A stretch of DNA of 64,000 nucleotides, taken from the NCBI RefSeq assembly GCF_009914755.1, contig NC_060928.1; one strand, 5' to 3'. Shown here one piece after another: positions 37,729 to 56,360 of this stretch (position 1 is its first letter; every line of letters begins with the position of its first letter). A program made the position numbers and the translations under genes. The notes under the pieces are model-generated. The model did not search any database. It saw nothing but the letters and a program-made list of their open reading frames with translations, and was not told where the DNA came from. The DNA comes from the human T2T-CHM13v2.0 reference genome, Homo sapiens.

Positions 37729-38425
37729 CTACTTGGGAAGCTGTGATGGGAGGATCTCTTGAGTCCAGGAGTTTGAGGCTGCAGTGAGTTCTGATCGCAC
37801 ACCACTGTACTCTAGACTGGGCTACAGAGCAAGACCTTGTCTCCAAAAGAGAGAGAGAGAGAGAGTTCCTGAATTAGACCCACCCAGGGATGCCTATGGA
37901 TATGCAGAAACTTCTAAAAAGATTTCAAAATTTTTTCTTGCCTCTTTTAAAAGACTTATTACAAAAGGCAAATGAAAAGCTTAAGTAACCAATCGATAAG
38001 AAAAATGGAAACTGCCAACCTTTTTGCTTAGTTACTATCACACCCCAAAGACAAAAAGAAAGTGGGAAAAGTGGTTTTTATAAAACTTAGTCCCTCAGGT
38101 CAAGCAGTTTTGCTTCTTTTTTCAGAGTTATCAGTGCTAGAGTCCAGACATAGAAAATGATGTGTCTGACCTATTTGTTAATGGACTCCACCCTAAACTC
38201 AGTAATCCAGTTAAGAAACAGAAGCAAAATTGAAAAGCCACCAGTCTGACTAAATTATTTTCCAGAATATGGCATTCTGGCATTCATCTAGTTTTTTTGT
38301 TTGTTTGTTTCTTTGTTTGTTTTTGAGACAGAGTCTCCCTCTGTTGCCCAGGCTAAAGAACTCAGCTCACTGCAACCTCCGCCTCCTGGGTTCAAGTGAT
38401 TCTCCTGCCCCAGCCTCCTGAGTAA

Positions 38426-38693
<268 letters not shown>

Positions 38694-38839
38694 CAGATTT
38701 TTTTAATTTTTAATTTTTTTTAGAACCAAGTTCTTGTTTTGTCACCCAGGTTGGAGTGCAGTAGTACAATCATAGCTCACTGCAGCCTCAAATTCCTAAG
38801 CTTAAGAGATCCTCTTGCGTCAGCCTCCCAAGTAGCTAG

Positions 38840-39004
<165 letters not shown>

Positions 39005-39532
39005 TGACCTCGTATCAGACTTTCAACCATAGCCATTTTAAGTCCATAGTTAATTCTTTTATTCTTATGCTCTTCTGAAACCTTTTTTTTTTCTTTTTCT
39101 TTTTTGAGGCAGAGTCTCACTCTGTTGCCCAGGCTGGAGTGCAGTATCATGATCTTGGCTCACTGCAACCTCCACCTCCCTGACTCAAGGGATCCTCTGA
39201 GTAGCTAGGACTACAGGTGTGCACCACTACACCCGTCTAATTTTTTTTTTTTTTTTTTTTTTTGTAGAGATGAGGTTTCACCATGTTGCCCAGGCTGGTC
39301 TCGAACTCCTGGGCTCAAGCGGTCTGCCTGCCTTGGCCTCCCAAAGTGCTGGGATTGCAGGCGTGAGCCACCTGCCCAGCCCTTCTGAGAGCTTTTTGCA
39401 AACAACTGTAATCCTAAAGTGTTGTGTCTTCAAGAAGATTTATGGAAGTGTGGCCTGGGGCAGTGGCTCATGCCTGTAATCTCAACACTTTGGGAGGCCG
39501 AGGCAGGTAGATCACCTGAGGTCACGAGTTCA

Positions 39533-40176
<644 letters not shown>

Positions 40177-40351
40177 GAAGGATAGAGAGGACTCTGACAA
40201 ATAAATGTAGGTTTCTGATAACTTTAAGATCATACCACTGGACTAGGTAGAAATTTCCAGAAATCTAATGAAGAAACTGCTGGGTTCGTGAGCTGCTAAC
40301 CAAGATCAAGCAGAACAAAAATTAATTACATGGGATTAAATAAACTGATGA

Positions 40352-40570
<219 letters not shown>

Positions 40571-41275
40571 TAATTTTTTTGTATTTTAGTAGAGATGGGG
40601 TTTCACCATATTGGCCAGGATGGTCTCGATCTCTTGACCTCGTGATCCGCCCGCCTCGGCCTCCCAAAATGCTGTGATTACAGACGTGAGCCACTGCGCC
40701 CGGCCATATTGCAGGTTTTTTAATATTTTGTTTTTCAGATTTAAGACAACTCTTTCTTTTAAGGTATCTGCAACTTACAGCAATTTGGCAAAGTATACTT
40801 GTGTGAACAAAAATTGAAACGTTTACTTTCAGTACCTACCTGATCCCTCCAGAATTTAGAAATATTCATGAAAATTTTTATTTTCGTGGCAATATAGTTA
40901 TTTTCATAGTTTAGTTCAATAAGAATCTGCTCAGTTTTCTCAGAATAAAATTGGAAATATCAGTTATATTTTTTCACTGGGATACCATATTTGACAAGTG
41001 CATAGAATTAATCTACAGGTACTGTAGACAAAGTCTGAGGTATGCTTTGGTTTGGCTTCATAGCCTCAAGAGGTTGTTAATAATCCAATCTGTTGGATTT
41101 GATTTCCTATCAAAAGTTCCAGCAAAGCAAAGTTTAATAGCGCCTATGTGGTCAATTGTTATTCTTGCTGTACTTGTATAAATAAACAGCCTAAGTTTGA
41201 TGAGACTAAACTTATTTTGCAAACAAATTAGTTTTACCCCGATTATCTTTGGTAGAAATGGGGGTGACTGTAGAG

Positions 41276-41904
41276 CAGGAGTCCCCAACCCCTGGCTCAC
41301 CTGTTAAAAACCAGGCCACCCAGCAGGAGATGAGCAACCAGGCCACAAAGCAGGAGGTGAGCTGCAGACAAGCGAGCATTACCGCCTAAGCTCCACCTCC
41401 ATCAGATCAGCAGCAGCATTAAATTCTCACAGGAGGCCAGGCGTGGTGGCTCACACCTGTAATCCCAGCACTTTGGGAGGCCAAGGTGGGAGGATTGAGG
41501 TCAGGAGTTCAAGACCAGCCTCGCCAACATGGTGAAACCCCATCTCTACTAAAAATACAAAAATTAGCTGGGTATGGCGGTGCACCCTTATAATCCCAGA
41601 TACTTAGGAGGCTGAGGCAGGAGAATCCCTTGAACCCCAGAGGCAGAAGTTGCAGTGAGCCAAGTTCATATCACTGCACTCCAGCCTAGGTGACAGAGTG
41701 AGACTCCGTCTCAAAAACAAAAAATCCTCATAGAAGTGGGAACCCTATTGTGAACTTCACATGCGAGGCATCTAGGTTTCTTGCTCCTCATGAGAATCTT
41801 ATGCTTGATGATCTGAGGTGGAAGTTTCATCCCGAAACTATCCCCTCCACCCCTACCCTGGTCTGTGGAAAAATTGTCTTCCACGAAAAGATTGGAGACC
41901 ACTG
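41276..41904 (+). mobile_element. MER1B (hAT-Charlie MITE) interrupted by an Alu at about 41434-41725
   Basis: Termini CAGGAGTCCCCAAC... and ...ATTGGAGACCACTG; degenerate 8-bp TSD CTGTAGAG/CTATTGAG; internal agcattaccgcctaagctcc. Confidence 0.85.
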
Positions 41905-42310
41905 CTATTGAGAGAAAAACTATGTTTCTGAGGATAGCTATAGTATACCTGTTAATAGAGTATACCCCTGTTCCTTGTTCTCAAGTTTTTATTATCTACC
42001 TGTAGACTAGACTAGATTCTGAATTCTTCTAGTTTCCTCCAGTATGTGGTTACGACTCTCCAACTAAAAATAAGAACTACTCTGTTCCTGAAGCCCTATA
42101 AGCAGAAGCTGGACAACTCAATGTAAATTTCAAAGGACAAGTCCTATTACTGATGTGTGGGCCAAATAGAGATTTCACCAAAATGCATGATGCCATAACC
42201 AGAGACAATCAAACTGCAAATCAAGATGAGAAGTTGGGCTGGGCCCGGTGGCTTACACCTGTAATCTCAACACTCTGGGAGGCTGAGGTAGGCAAATCAC
42301 TTGAGGTTAG

Positions 42311-42720
<410 letters not shown>

Positions 42721-43571
42721 AAGACTTCTAGATCCACTTGTTCTCACTTCCTGCCTTAATTTATCCCAATCATGGGATGCTAGATTACCTACTAGCTGAA
42801 CAGGAAGTAGTCTGTGTAGTTGCTGATATTTCTTGTTGCATATAGGTAAATATATCAAGTATTGTAGACACTCAGTTATTAAAAATTAATACCTACTTGG
42901 TTAAAACAGGCAGACTCCTCATCTAGCTCATTCTTAGATCTGTTTGATTTTAGTTGCTTTAGTTCATGGAGACCCTGGGTAAGAAACATGCTCCGAATTT
43001 TTGGTATTATCCTCCTGATGGTCACAATATTAGTCTTCCTGGTACACAGTATCCTCTCAAAAAGTCTTAAATATCTACATGCAGCTATCTGCTGTATGCT
43101 AAACGGTCTTTTGGGCTGGAATGAAGAAAACTTAAAGAAACACATGATAAGAAAGACAATGTAACCCATGAATGATGTATGGAGAGCGCACCCCAAAATG
43201 ATGGTGACTGTTAGATTGTACTGATGCCCTAAGTCTTGGTCACACTGTCACCTATGAGAGACCCTGACAAAAAGAGGGGAATTGTTCAATACAATTATAT
43301 CTCTTTAGGCTCAACAGACCAAATCAAAATGGAGTTACTTGTCCTGAAGTTCCATACCACCAAACTGTAACTAAGTTGTTTATGTGACACTTCAAGGTAG
43401 CAGGAGTTAATAGGCAAATCCCCAAATAGTCCAGTTTTATCTGGCTTGATAAAGTCCCTTCTGCTTTAACCTTTACAGGGAAAGTAGCTTCGAAATGACC
43501 AATCTACTTTTTGTTCTGTTTCTGCTTTCCTCGGCCCATTTCTTTCTTTTTTTTTTTTTTTTTTTTTTTGA

Positions 43572-43959
<388 letters not shown>

Positions 43960-44203
43960 TAAATTTATTGTAATTTTGACTTTTGAAAGGAGTAACACCT
44001 AAGCATTAAAACAGAAAGTTTTAATTTTTACTTAGAGGAAGTTGGGGAGAGTATAAAGGAGAAAAGAAACTAACTTTGAACAATTATTCATTTATCTAAC
44101 AAAATTTATTAAGTGCTTTTTGTGTTCCAGGCACTGTGCTATGCCCTGTGAATTCAGGGATATAATATGTTTTCAGATTAGATATCAAAGTATTGTTTAA
44201 ATA

Positions 44204-46414
44204 CAGGCATACCTCATTTTATTGTGTTTCGCTTTATTGCAGTAAAAAGTAGTGTGTGTTCTGACTGCTCCGTTGAGTGGCCGTTTCTCTGTCTGTCTCC
44301 CTTTCCTCGGGCCTCCTTATTTCCTGCAACACAGTGATATTGAAATTAAGCCAATTAATTACCCTACAGTGGCCTCTAAGTGTTCAAATGAAAGGAGGAG
44401 TCATACATCTCTTACTTTAAATTAAAAGCTAGAAACAATTAAGCTTATTGAGGAAGGGGGCATGTCAAAAGCTGAGACAGGCCGAAAGCTAAGCCTCTTG
44501 CATCAGTTAGCCAAGTTGTGAATGCAAAGGAAAAGTTCTTGAAGGAAATTAGAAGTATTACTCCAGTGAACACATGAATGATTAAAAAAAAAAAAAAGCA
44601 AAACAGCTTTATTGTTGATACGGGGAAAGTTTGAGTGGTCCGGATAGAAGATCAAACCAGTCACAACCTTCCCTTAAGCCAAAGCCGAACCCAGAGGAAG
44701 GCCTTAACTCTCTTCAGTTCTATAAAGGCTAAGAGAGGTTGGAAAGCTGCAGAAGAAAAGTTTGAAGCTAGGCAGAGGTGGTTCATGAGGCTTAAGGAAA
44801 GAAGCTGTCTCTGTCATGTAAAAGTGCAAGGTGAAGCAGCAAGTGCTGATGGAGAAGCTGTAGCAAGCTATCCAGAAGATCTAGCATAATAATCAATGAA
44901 GATGAACCCACTAAACAGATTTCCACTGTAGATGAAACAGCCTTATATGGGAAGAAGATGACATGCAGGACTTTCATTGCTAGAAATGAGAAGTCACGGC
45001 CTGGCTTCAAAGCTTCAAGGGACATGCTGACTCTTGTTAGGGGCTAATGCAGCTGGTGATTTTAAGTTGAAGCCAATGTTCATTTACCATTCTGAAAATC
45101 CTCGGGCCCTGTAGAATTATGCTAAATGTGTTCTGCCTGTGCTCTATAAATGAAGCTGCAAAGCTTGAATGACAGCACATCTGTTTACAGCATGGTTTAC
45201 TGAATATTTTAAGCCCACTGTTGAGATCTGTTGCTCAGGAAAAAAGTTTCCTTTCAAAATATTACTGCTCCTTGACAATGCACCTGGTTACCCAACAGCT
45301 CTAATGGAGATGTACAAGGAGATGAATGTTGTTTTCATGCCTACTAACACAATACTCATTCTACAGCTCATGGATCAAGGAGTAACTTAGATTTTCAAGT
45401 CTTAGTAGTTAAGAAATACATTTTGTAAGGCTATAGCTGCCATAAACAGTGATTCCTTTGATAGATCTGTGCAAAGTACATTGAAAACCTTCTGGAAAGG
45501 ATCCACCATTCGAGATGCCTTTAGGAACATTTGTGATTCATGGGAGGAGGTCAAAATATCAATGTTAACAGGAATTTGGAAGAACTTGGTTCCAAACACT
45601 TATGGACAATTTTGAGGGGTTTAAGTCTTTAGTGAAGAAAGTAACTGCAAAGATGGTGGAAACAGAACTAGAATTAGAAGTGGAGCCTGAAGATGTGAAT
45701 GAATTGCTACAACCTCATGATCCAACTTGAATGGATAAGGAGTAGTTTCTTAAACATGAGCAAATAAAGTGTTTTTTTGAGGATTCTATCTCAAGAAACT
45801 GCAGCCTCTGGTGAAGATACTGTGAACATTGTTGAAATGACAATAAAGGATTTAGAATATTACATATAAAATAAATAAATAGGAAAAAACAGAATATTAC
45901 CTAAACTTAGTTGATAAAGCAGTGGTAAGAGTTTGAGAGGATTGACTCCAATTTTGAAAGAAATTCCACTGTGTGTAAAAGGCTATCAAACATCATTGCA
46001 TAAAGGACAGATCTTTCATTTATGAAACAGAATCAGTGTAGCAAACTTAATTGTTGCCCTATCTTAAGAATTTGCGTCAGCCACCCCAACCTTCAGCAAC
46101 CACCATACTGATGAGTCAGCAGCCATCAACATCAAAGATAAGACCCTCTACCAGCAAAAAGATTATGACTCACTGAAGGGTCAGATAATTGTTAGCATTC
46201 ATTAGCAATAAAATATTCTTTAATGAAGGTACTTTTTTATGCATATGCTATTGTACACTTAATAAACAATAGTATAGTAAAAACATAATTTTTATATGCA
46301 CTGGAAACCAAAAAATGTGTGTAACTCACTTTATTGCGATATTCACTTTATTGCAATATTCACTTTATTGCAGTGATCTGGAACCAAACCTGCAATATCT
46401 GCATGGTATGCCTA
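44204..46414 (+). mobile_element. Tigger1 DNA transposon, near full length, transposase broken
   Basis: TA|CAGGCATACCTC ... GGTATGCCTA|TA terminal inverted repeats. Transposase fragments ...[15 protein letters not shown]... (CENP-B HTH-like) and ...[13 protein letters not shown]...[19 protein letters not shown] (DDE region), with stops and frameshifts. Confidence 0.93.
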
Positions 46415-46439
46415 TATATGTATGTCTAGATTTAACTTA

Positions 46440-46781
<342 letters not shown>

Positions 46782-47637
46782 TTATTTATTTATTTTTGAG
46801 ACAGAGTCTCACTCTTTCACCTAGGCTGGAGGGCAGTGGCACAATCTCGGCTCACTGCAACCTCTGCCTTGTGGGTTCAAATGATTCTCATGCCTTAGCC
46901 TCCCTAGTAGCTGGAATTACAAGTGCACAACACCATGCCTGGCTAATTTTTGTATTTTTAGTACAGACGGGGTTTCACCATGTTGGCCAGGCTGGTCTCT
47001 AACTTTTGACCTCAAGTAATCCGCCTGCCTCCGCCTCCCAAAGTGCTGGGATTACAGGCCTAAGCCACTGTGCCCAGCCGGTGTTATTATTGTTTTAAGC
47101 CCAGATAGCCATAATTAACCTTCTTTAGTGCTAGTTATTTAATTCTTTATTATGGAAGTGAAAAGGCTCTCTTGGACAAAAGTCTTACATTGAGAGACAA
47201 TTTTTGACTAGTATGGTAGCAATGGAGATGAAGAGAAGAGGAAAGATTTGTGAAATTTTTTTTTTCAGAGGTAGAATCAACAGGACTTGGGGCTTGTTTG
47301 AGGGGGTAGTGTTTCCTGTTATTTTACTCTTGTTTGGAGTTGGGTGGAGTGGATGGGGATGATTTTCATTTCCAGGAAAGTTTAGAACAAACAGATATAC
47401 TGGAAGCAAACCAACCCCATTTTGTGTTAAATTCAATTTGTGTTAAACCAGAGAAGTCTGCCCTGGAACTATTCATTTGAGAGTTGTCAGTATAAATGAA
47501 GTTGTTGGTTTAGATGAGGTTGCCTAAGACCAAGTTTAGAGTAAGAAGAGAAAAAGGCCTAGAAACCAGACTTGAGGTACTCAAGCATTTAATGCCCTAT
47601 GGAGGGCTGGGCATGGTGGCTCACGCCTGTAATCCTA

Positions 47638-47967
<330 letters not shown>

Positions 47968-49977
47968 TCACCTGAGGCCAGGAGCTCGAGACCAGCCTGG
48001 CTAACATGGTGAAACACCATCTCTACTAAAAATACAAAAAATTAGCCAGGCATGGTGGCAAGCGCCTGTATCCCCAGCTACTCGGGAGGTTGAGGCAGGA
48101 GAATCGGGAGGCAGAGGCTGCAGTGAGCCGAGATCATGCCATTGCACCCCAGCCTGGGCAACAAAAGCAAAACTCTGTCTCAAAAACAAACAAACAAAAA
48201 ACTCCACAAATAATTAATAATGTCCTGTGGAGGACATTATTCTTGGAGTAGTGATAGCAGAAACCAGAATAAAGCAGAGGTGAGGAAATGGAGATGAAAG
48301 TAGAAAAAAATAAAAGTTTGATTTTGTAAATGCAGAAAGGGATAAGGCAGTAAAGGAAATATAGGTCTAATGTGGATTTTGTTTTACTTTGTTTAGATTA
48401 GTTTGTATTAAATTTGGTGAGATGAGAGCATTGTTGAAGTGGTGTTGGGAAGGGTTCAGTTGATGAGGACTAAGTAATGAGGAGAAATAAGCATAATTGA
48501 TGTGTGGTTTCCCAGAAAGGTGGAAAAGGACAGCATCAAAACTCAGTTGGCAGAGGTTGGCTTTAAATAGGAGAGAACTCCTCCACCTTCTCTATAACAA
48601 AGTAATCCTAAAACAGGTCCTTATTATAGTACTGTATACAGAGTACCACTGACAGGTTGTCAGCCTTCTTCTCTGACAGTTTCTGAGGTAGAGCTAGTCT
48701 AAATTGGTAGAAACACTCTAGATTTAGGGGACTGTAAGGAGAAGGAAGGAAAGAAACAATCACCTCCCATCTTTAGGAAAGAATGTTCAGAAGGTGCGCT
48801 CAAAGCTCTAAAGGGCACATTATCATGAGCTAGAAGACGAGCTGGAAGGGGATAATTGTTCTGATTAGTAAGAAATAAGTAGGGGACTCATTTTATTGTC
48901 CATGCCCCTTAATTCTTAGAGGTGAACATACTTTTCTTCTGATATGCAATGAGGCTGAGTTCATCTCAAAGGGTCCCACCCCACAGTCTTCTTTGCATTT
49001 GAAAGAAGCAAAAAATCGTGAACCCATAGACGTCAATAAGCCTAGGGTAGCAAAAGGAAAAGGAATTGAAGTCAAGTACCATAAATAAATGGTGCCCATT
49101 TGTGTAACCTGTGACTAAGGTGCTATTCATCATCCAAGATTAAAGGAAAAAGTTTATTAGGTTGAGTAGATACAACAGAAGTTCAGGAATTGTGGCTACC
49201 AGTTATTTCCAAGGAAAGACAAAGAGGGGCATTTTCTCACCACCATCACTGCCTCATTTTATCTGACAGGAAAACGAATCCACTTAGAGCCACAAATTCA
49301 AAATTTGTCTTTCGCTGCAGTGATGTTTTTCTTAGGTTAGCTTCGTCAGTTGGGCTATATTCATGATTAACAAGTCCATGCCAACCAATTTTTATCTTTC
49401 TCCCATGGACTGTATTTGGAAAACTCTTCTGTGAGAGAATAAAATGTACCTATTTATGATGGACGCATAACAGATGAATATAGCTCTAAATACTGCAACT
49501 TTTTCATTTGTTAAAATTTGCTTGTTAAAACAGGTCTCTGGGAAAGAGTGAGCTGATTAGTTATTGAAATAAAATGTCCTGTCAAGAAATAGTAACTTCA
49601 ATCAAAATGAAAGGATTATTTCATATTAATAGCACATTTTTCCCCATGGCAAATGTTTAAAAATGAACAAGACTGGAAATGTGAACAGCATTCCTGAGAG
49701 AGTTCTCAGAATACAATGTCAACATGATTATGATAAGGAATTGATTTACTCCAGGTAGATGAGGCAGTCACAAAACAGAATTTTCTATGAATGCTAAGTC
49801 GGTACTACTCTGACTAAATGTTCACACTGAGGACATTTAGAAAGTGGAAGCATAGGCTATGGCATCTTCTGGCATACTTACTAAGATAAGGTGGTAGGTT
49901 TTTGTTTTTGTTGTTTACTATCCAGATACTGAGAAGTAGTGGCATCAGCTAGTTTTTCCTAAGATGGCAAAAGATAG

Positions 49978-50280
<303 letters not shown>

Positions 50281-50789
50281 TAGGCTGGTCTTGAACTCCT
50301 GAGCTCAGGCAATCTGCCCTCCTAAGCCTCCCAAAGTGTTAGGATTACAGGCATGAGCCCCGCACCTGGCCTAATCACCTCTTTTAAATAGGTAACACAT
50401 GAACATAGTATAAAAAGAAAAAAGTGAAACTGCAAAATTATATATGCATACATGTACATGCATGTGCATGCATGCACATACACATAGGATATGGCTTGTC
50501 TCTAACAACAGTCCCCTAGTTATCCCATTCTCCTCAAAGATACTGTTACCGGTTTCTTGCATATTCCTTCAGATATGATCTGTGCCATGTTTCATCACTT
50601 TTAAACTTGGTAATTCTGCTGTATTCAGGATTTTGACAAGTTTTCTACTGTGAAAGGATATTCGGAAGCCAGTGTGTTCCTAAATTGAGAGCAAAAGGAA
50701 AAGGAAGCACAATAGACAAAGAGAGACTGTGTCACAGGAAACAAGGACATTAGGAAAAAAGGCATGAAGGGGCCGGGTGCGGTAGCTCA

Positions 50790-51131
<342 letters not shown>

Positions 51132-54100
51132 TTAACACCATGACTTAGGAAAACATAAGACTTCAGAGTCAGACACTTTGATAAAATCCTAGCTATGTCA
51201 CTGTCTAGCTATATGGTGATATTGGTCAAGCTATTTATCTCTCTGAGCTTTGTTTTCCTAACTTATAAAAATGGAGATGATATTAGTTTCTTCCTATGTG
51301 CTAGGTATCTCACCAGCTTGTATTTGGTGGAGCTAGTGAGCTACCTGACACATAGGAAGAACCAAGTAGCTCTATTTGGTAGAGCACATAGGAAGGTGAT
51401 TTTGTAAATGCAGAAAGTGATAAGGCAGTAAAGGCAATATAGGTAAATATAGCACATAGATCTACCAAATAGAGGAATCTAATAAGTGGTGACTATTATT
51501 TTCTTAGATATTGTTTAAAGGAAATGGTATTTGTATTTGTATGTTTTCCCACTCCAATTCTACCTGAATATTTATTTGTTTTAAACTGTCTTGGTTCTGA
51601 AAGGATTTAAGGCAGCTGACTCCCGGGAAAATAAATTTTCTTTGGAAAAAAATTCTGTGAAAAGGCCAGGCATGGTGGCTCACGCCTGTAATCCTAGTGC
51701 TTTGGAAGGCCGAGGTGGGCAGATCACCTGAGGTCAGGAGTTTGAGACCAGCCTGGCCAACGTGGTGAAACTTCATCTCTACCAAAAAATACAAAAATTA
51801 GCTGGGTGTGGTGGCACGTGCCTGTAATCCCAGCTACTTGGGAGGCTGAGGCATGAGAATCGCTTGAACCCAGGAGATGGAAGTTGCAGTGAACCAAGAT
51901 TGAGCCATTGCATTACAGCCTGGATGACAAGAGTGAAACTCTGTCTCAAAAAAAAAAAAAGAAAAAAAATTATGTGGAAAAAGAAAACACTAAGCTGCAA
52001 GTTAAGCTCTGAGAGGCCTCTTGAAGCATATCCTAGGGTCTAGAGCAGAATATACCCTACTGATCTGAAGGATATCAGAGGAATGAGAATTATCACTGTG
52101 AAAAGATCTTGGAGGTGCTTATTTCTTATGTACCACATTTAATAAGTACAGTATTGGTTCCCCACTACATTTGAAACCAGGCTCCATATCGTAATGATTG
52201 GTTCTTGAAAATTGGTTCTTGAAGAAATCAATAAAGAAACAAAATGAAGGAGGGACTCCTGTCCCAGGCAGAGGGAACAGTTTTTGCAAAACCCCAGAGG
52301 CATGAAGACTTGGAGAATTCAAGGAATTGCAGATGGTTTATAGCAGGAATACTAACATAATGAGAATTTTGGAAAGTCTGATGGAAATGAGAGCATTAAA
52401 AAGGTTTGGGTGCACTGGGTGAATGCATCTTAAGGAACTTGAACTGCATCTGGAAGAAGATAGGGTGCCCACTGAAATAGGAAGGTAACATAAACACATT
52501 TAAATTTAGAAATTCAACTCTGTGCTGAACATGGTGGCTCTTGCCTACAATCCCAGCACTTTGCCAGGCCGAGGCAGGAGGATCGTTTGAGCCCAGGAAT
52601 TTGAGACCAGTCTGGGCAACATAGCAAGACCAATCTCTACAAAAAATGAAATAATTAGCCAGGTGTGGTGGCACATGCCTGTAGTTCCAGCTACTAAGGA
52701 GGCTGAGGTGGGAGGATTGATTGAGCCCAGGAGGTCAGGGGTACAGTGAGCTATGATCACACCACTGCACTCCAGCTTGAGTGACAGAGTGAGACCTATC
52801 TCAAGAAAAATAAATAAACAAATAAATTTAACTCTGGCAATAATTTGAAGGAGGGATTGTAGGAAGACAAGAGACCAGAGTTGATTAGGGAACTAATGCA
52901 ATAATTCACAGGACAAAAGAGCAGAGCCTGGGCCAAGAGAGCAATTTCAAGAGCTGTTTGGACTCCTGTGGAAATCCTACTCTCCTGAAAAGGGTCTTTT
53001 CTAAGTCTTATGGTAGCCTTGGGCAGGAACTCCCAGGTACAGGTCAAACTAAAGCAGCTAGCAGACATGTGTCAAAAGTAAAGGCTTTATTCCTACTTGT
53101 CATCAACTGGAGAAATGCCTAATCAAAAAAATAACTTTTGCTATGTCAGAGGACCATAAAGTCTTTGGGACAGAAAAAATATTAAGGATTATTTAAAAAT
53201 TCAAATCCAATGTTTAATCTTCTTTAAAATGTCCCTGCTAAATTAGGATCCAGACTGTGTTGAATAATTCCAGTGAGAGAAATCCTCTATTCTTGAAAAA
53301 AAACTTTCTCACGTATGCTCTAATTTAAAAAGGAAGAAGAAAAAAAGAAAACTAGGAAATTTTGTTTAATAGGGACTTGCAAGTTAAGATTCCAGATGCC
53401 ATCCAGATTTTCCATTGACTTCCTTCGTGCTGTCTTCCTGAAATGCATTTCTGTATAATGATGCATATGTAGGACCGACTTTATGGATAGGTAAAAAGAA
53501 GCTATTCCCTAAGTAATGTCATTTGTGGGACCAGGAAGCAAAGCCTTTCCTCCCTCAACCACCCCCACCCCAAGCTGTCATAGAGTCTCAAATCCCACCA
53601 TTAGCATTTCTGAAGAAATAGCACATTAAATGAAGCCACACTAGGGTGTTAACAACATATCAGATAGATTTTGTCCTGACATTGGGGACTGTGGGAAATA
53701 CAGAACCACTAGCAAAGGAGAAAGCACTAAAAATAGAGAAGAGGGAGGCAACACTAAGGCAGGGTGAACCAGAGATTCCCAGCAGTCCACAGACAGAGAG
53801 CCTTGGTTGATTACATGAGAAGGACCTGGAATTTGTTCAAAATACTGTTTTTAGGATTCCTCCTTGTATTATTTGTCACAAGAGGTCTGGGGTGGATTCC
53901 TGGGTGATTTCGATGTGCAGCTAAGTTCAGAAACTGTTAACTATGAAGCCACATAAAAAGAAACAAACATCAACAACAAAAAAACCCCACATGACTTCCC
54001 CACCTCACGTAAACACAGAGTCAATGTTCCCATCCTGCCTAGGCCCATCACAGTTTGTTCATATGAACGGCTCTTGCCCTAAAGTCTCTAAGGGAAAGGT

Positions 54101-54195
54101 TATGGGAAAAGCCAGTGACACATTAGGTACCTGTTGAAATGTGTCACTGACGTTGTGAAAGTTTTTAAGTCTACTTAAACAACAGTGAGTTTTCA

Positions 54196-54569
<374 letters not shown>

Positions 54570-54934
54570 TTAGATGGTAACTATTTACACAAAATTATTT
54601 TACCTACTATTATAATTGGTTAATTGATCTTTCAAAGTTCCACAGTGACTGATGGTAAGTCACTCTGACGCAAATGCCCAGTGCCCTAAATGTTTAAATT
54701 TATATAAACATTAGGTCATCAGGCCTCGTGATAGCTTTGTGAATTAAGTGGCAAGTTTTAGTTCACTTTAAACTATAGAAAATAGACAAGGGAGCAAAAG
54801 TGCATTAAGGTATAATGCAGTGATTTAAAAAAATATTCTTGGCCGGGCGCAGTGGCTCACATCTGTCATCCCAGCACTTGGGGAGGCTGGGGCAGGCAGA
54901 TCATGAGGTCAGGAGATCGAGACCATCCTGGCTA

Positions 54935-55184
<250 letters not shown>

Positions 55185-56026
55185 TTAGCACTTTACAATT
55201 TACAAAATTCATTTGCATATTTGATTCTTCTAACCGTCCTGTGATATAGACAGGACAGGTATTGAGCTAATAATTTTATAGTTGAGGACTTCTCAAGACT
55301 CAAAGTTTGAGGGACTTGCCCTAGGTTTATAAGAACAGCCTAAGTTTTTAAAAAATCCAGCTATGAACCAGAGTGTCATACATTGCTTTCTGTTTTCTAA
55401 ATAAATTATAATAAACTCAATGAATAGAGAAATTGTCATAATTCATATATAAGGACTTGTTTAGTTGAATTATTCCTGGATACATGTAGTAAATAGTAAT
55501 AGAGCACCTATTCTGAGCTCAGCACTGTGTTGATTGTGTAAATGATCTCTAATCCTCATAACAATACTGCAAGATAAAGCAGGGCGTTGTGGCTCATTCC
55601 TGTAATCCCAGCACTTTGGGAGGCCAAGGCAGGTGGATTGCTTGAGTTCAAGACCAGCTTTGGCAACAAGCGAGACCCCCTGCTCCCCTGTCTCTACAAA
55701 AAATTAAATATTAGTCAGGCATGGTGGCTTGTGCCTGTATTCCCAGCTACTCAGGGAGCTGAGGTGGGAGGATTATGCGAACCCAGGAGATCAAGGCTGC
55801 AGTGAGCCATCATTGTGCCACTGCACTCCAGCTTGGGCAACAAAGTAAGACCCTGTCTCAAAAAAAAAAAAAAAAAATATATATATATGTATATATATTG
55901 CAAAATGAGATATCTTGCAGTGTGTATATATACACACACAGTATATACAAACTATATATATATATATATATGTATATACACTGCAAGGTATTATCTCGTT
56001 TTGCAAAAGAGGAACTTGAGATCTGA

Positions 56027-56360
<334 letters not shown>

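Noticed and set aside
44635-45390. Active or domesticated transposase (TIGD-like gene)
   Set aside because: Broken by multiple stops and frameshifts; an ordinary Tigger1 fossil.
46326-46372. Triplicated TCACTTTATTGC motif
   Set aside because: Subterminal repeat of Tigger1, probably with one extra slippage copy.
50440-50485. Alternating purine-pyrimidine, quasi-palindromic tract (ATGCATACATGTACATGCATGTGCATGCATGCAC)
   Set aside because: A decayed (CA/TG) microsatellite with no evidence of function.
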